From Eledone cirrhosa (taxonomy: Eukaryota): a stretch of DNA of 64,000 nt. A program made the position numbers and the translations under genes. The stretch is from positions 13,268,001 through 13,332,000 of the forward strand of contig OZ024762.1 in assembly GCA_964016885.1 (NCBI GenBank), read 5' to 3'. Under the pieces are notes generated by a model, which worked only from the letters and a program-made list of their open reading frames with translations, had not been told where the DNA came from and searched no databases. Below are positions 61,615 to 64,000 of this stretch, piece by piece (the first letter of the stretch is position 1; each line of letters begins with the position of its first letter).

Positions 61615-62328
61615 AAGCAATGTTTCAGCTATACAAGTTGTGTAGAGAATAAACTAGGTTTTATCATTTCATCTGTGTTTCATGTGAAGTAATGTTTTAA
61701 AACTGATCTTCAACGTAAACTAAACCTCTTCTTCTTCTTCTTCTTCTTTTTCTTCTTCTTCTTCTTCTTTTTCTCCTCCTCCTCTTTCTTCGTCTTCATC
61801 ATCATCATCATCATCATCGTGATCTTCATCTTCTTCTCTTATTGGTGTTGTTACGCTTTATTATTTTTTTTCTTTGTATCATATTCTTTTTTTTTTTCAG
61901 TGGCCATTTCTTTTTAAATGTATTTATATTGGCATTGTTGTTGTTGTTGTTGTTGCTATTGTTGCTGTTGTTAATGTTGTTGCTGTTGTTAATATTGCTG
62001 TTGTTGCTGCTGTTTGTGTAAGTGGGAAGGGGGGCGGGGATAACTTTATTTTGTTTGTTTTCTTCCATGTATATTGTGTTTTTATCAATGTGCAATCTTC
62101 TGCAACCTGTCGGCCATTTTGGAATTGTTGTTGTTGTTTTTTCTACCATTTTGTTTTTATTGCTTTTGTGTGTGTGTGTGTTTTTTTTTTGTTCGTTTCT
62201 TCCCTACATTCCTAACTCTCGCTTATCTTTTCTCGTTGTGTGTTTGTAGTGTATAAATATGCATGTGTGTGTGTGTTTGTGATCATGTTCTATTATATAT
62301 ATATATATATATGTTTGTGTGTGTATAT

Positions 62329-62390
<62 letters not shown>

Positions 62391-62931
62391 TCCATCCATT
62401 TGAAAGACTTGTTATAGTCCAGAGGTTACTTGTAATTAAAACAGTGCAGACAGAGTGAGGTCGAGAATTATATTAGTATAGGTGACATTAATTATTAACA
62501 TCCTGCACCACGCGAAACCACACCAGCAAGATATTCTTGAAAAAATACAAAGCAGTATTATGACTCCATCACATTAAAAGTTGAAATATTTTCTCTAATA
62601 GTACACATTTTTATAAGAATCTGTTGACTACTAGAGATACTATAAACATTTGAGTTAGCAAATAAAACGAAGCACATTAGTAAGACATTCTTGAAAAGTA
62701 AAAAACAGCACTACTATTGCACCACTTTATATATATATATATATATTGTTATATTTGGGGAGGGTCATATTGTTATAATATTGCCAGAAATAATAATAAA
62801 ACACACTGTTTGGTTTGGATTGGTTTTCGCTTCTGTATCTTTTATATCTCCATATACACGATTTCATATAAAAAACTTTGCAAAGCTTATAAACTATGTT
62901 TTTTTTCTAACTATACACACACACACACACG

Positions 62932-63003
<72 letters not shown>

Positions 63004-63422
63004 ATTTTTGAGAATTTTATTAATAATATTCGATTCGTTTGCAATATTATTAATATTCGAAAAACTCAGATTACATTTATTGTTTATATATATATATATA
63101 TATATTTATATTTAAGTAAACGTGGTATCGTTTAAGGCAATCGCCCCTTCATTATATATATAATATTATAATTTGAAATATATATTTATAGCCAGTAACT
63201 CAAATATACATGAAAAGTGAAGTGGAGTTTTAAAATAGAAACAAAAATATCAAAACTATATATATGAAAATAGAATTATAAAGCACAGCTATGCTGAATA
63301 CCGGATAAAACAGCTATGCAGAATTATAGATAGAATACCAATAAAATAAACAGATATATATATAGGGAGACAAAATTATACATATAAAGAGACACTAGAT
63401 AAGCAGAAAATAGATAGATAGG

Positions 63423-63476
<54 letters not shown>

Positions 63477-63477
63477 T

Positions 63478-63743
63478 GTTTCTTTATTAGCCACAGGGGC
63501 ACAAAAGTAGGGGATAAATACAAAGGGGGAAGTTTACATACAATAAAAACGTGTAAAATATTATCACAAATGCAATTTAAAAAATTAGTCGATTTTCCCC
63601 AATAGGGGGAGACAGTTCATATGGGTAACACATACCCTCCGAAAAAATGTGCAACCCTCATCTCCAGGAGTACGAAGAGTTTGTACTCCTTTCCTCTCCT
63701 CCTCCTTTTTCTCAACCTACAGGCTGATATAGAGAGAAGGCCC
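63478..63743 (-). mobile_element. LINE-like 3' end inserted in a (GATA)n tract
   Basis: The minus strand ends CCCCTGTGGCTAATAAAGAAAC-ATATCTATCTA, with (GATA)n on both sides. Homologous to 20160-20240 and 43730-43816. Confidence 0.7.
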
Positions 63744-63810
<67 letters not shown>

Positions 63811-64000
63811 TGTAGAGAGAGATAGATTGAGAGGCATCCAGATATACCAAAAAAAATAGACGGAGAAATTTAAAGAGACAGAGAAACAAACAGAGAGACA
63901 AATAGAGAGAAAAAACAGATAAGCAAAATAATAATAATAAAAAAAAAACAGATATAGAAAATTATAAAGAAGACAAACTGGAAAGGAAAAAATAGATACG

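Overview
Eukaryotic, extremely microsatellite-rich DNA: (TA)n dominates, with (CA)n, (GA)n, (GATA)n, (TACA)n, (CAC)n and (TAA)n. The repeat content resembles a cephalopod (Octopus-like) genome; this is inference. I cannot support any intact host gene, and almost all ORFs in the track are translations of simple repeats. The unique islands between microsatellites are mostly retroelement debris: a 5'-truncated R4/Dong-type RLE LINE beside a (TAA)n tract, an RTE LINE fragment with an internal triplication, two RTE-derived non-autonomous elements ending in a C2H2 finger, tRNA-derived SINEs (one with a 20-bp TSD), and LINE-like 3' tails tied to (TCTA)n. The most striking pattern is a set of short non-coding inserts in (TA)n tracts, from several sequence families, built as asymmetric fold-backs. 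Many carry type I hammerhead ribozyme motifs with palindromic (dimer-type) stem III. One group has a long stem II with a conserved C.Y mismatch, and another has a U3-A8 core variant with covarying stems. They look like Penelope-like (PLE) or retrozyme-like non-autonomous retroelements. All structures were read by eye; no folding or database search was run.
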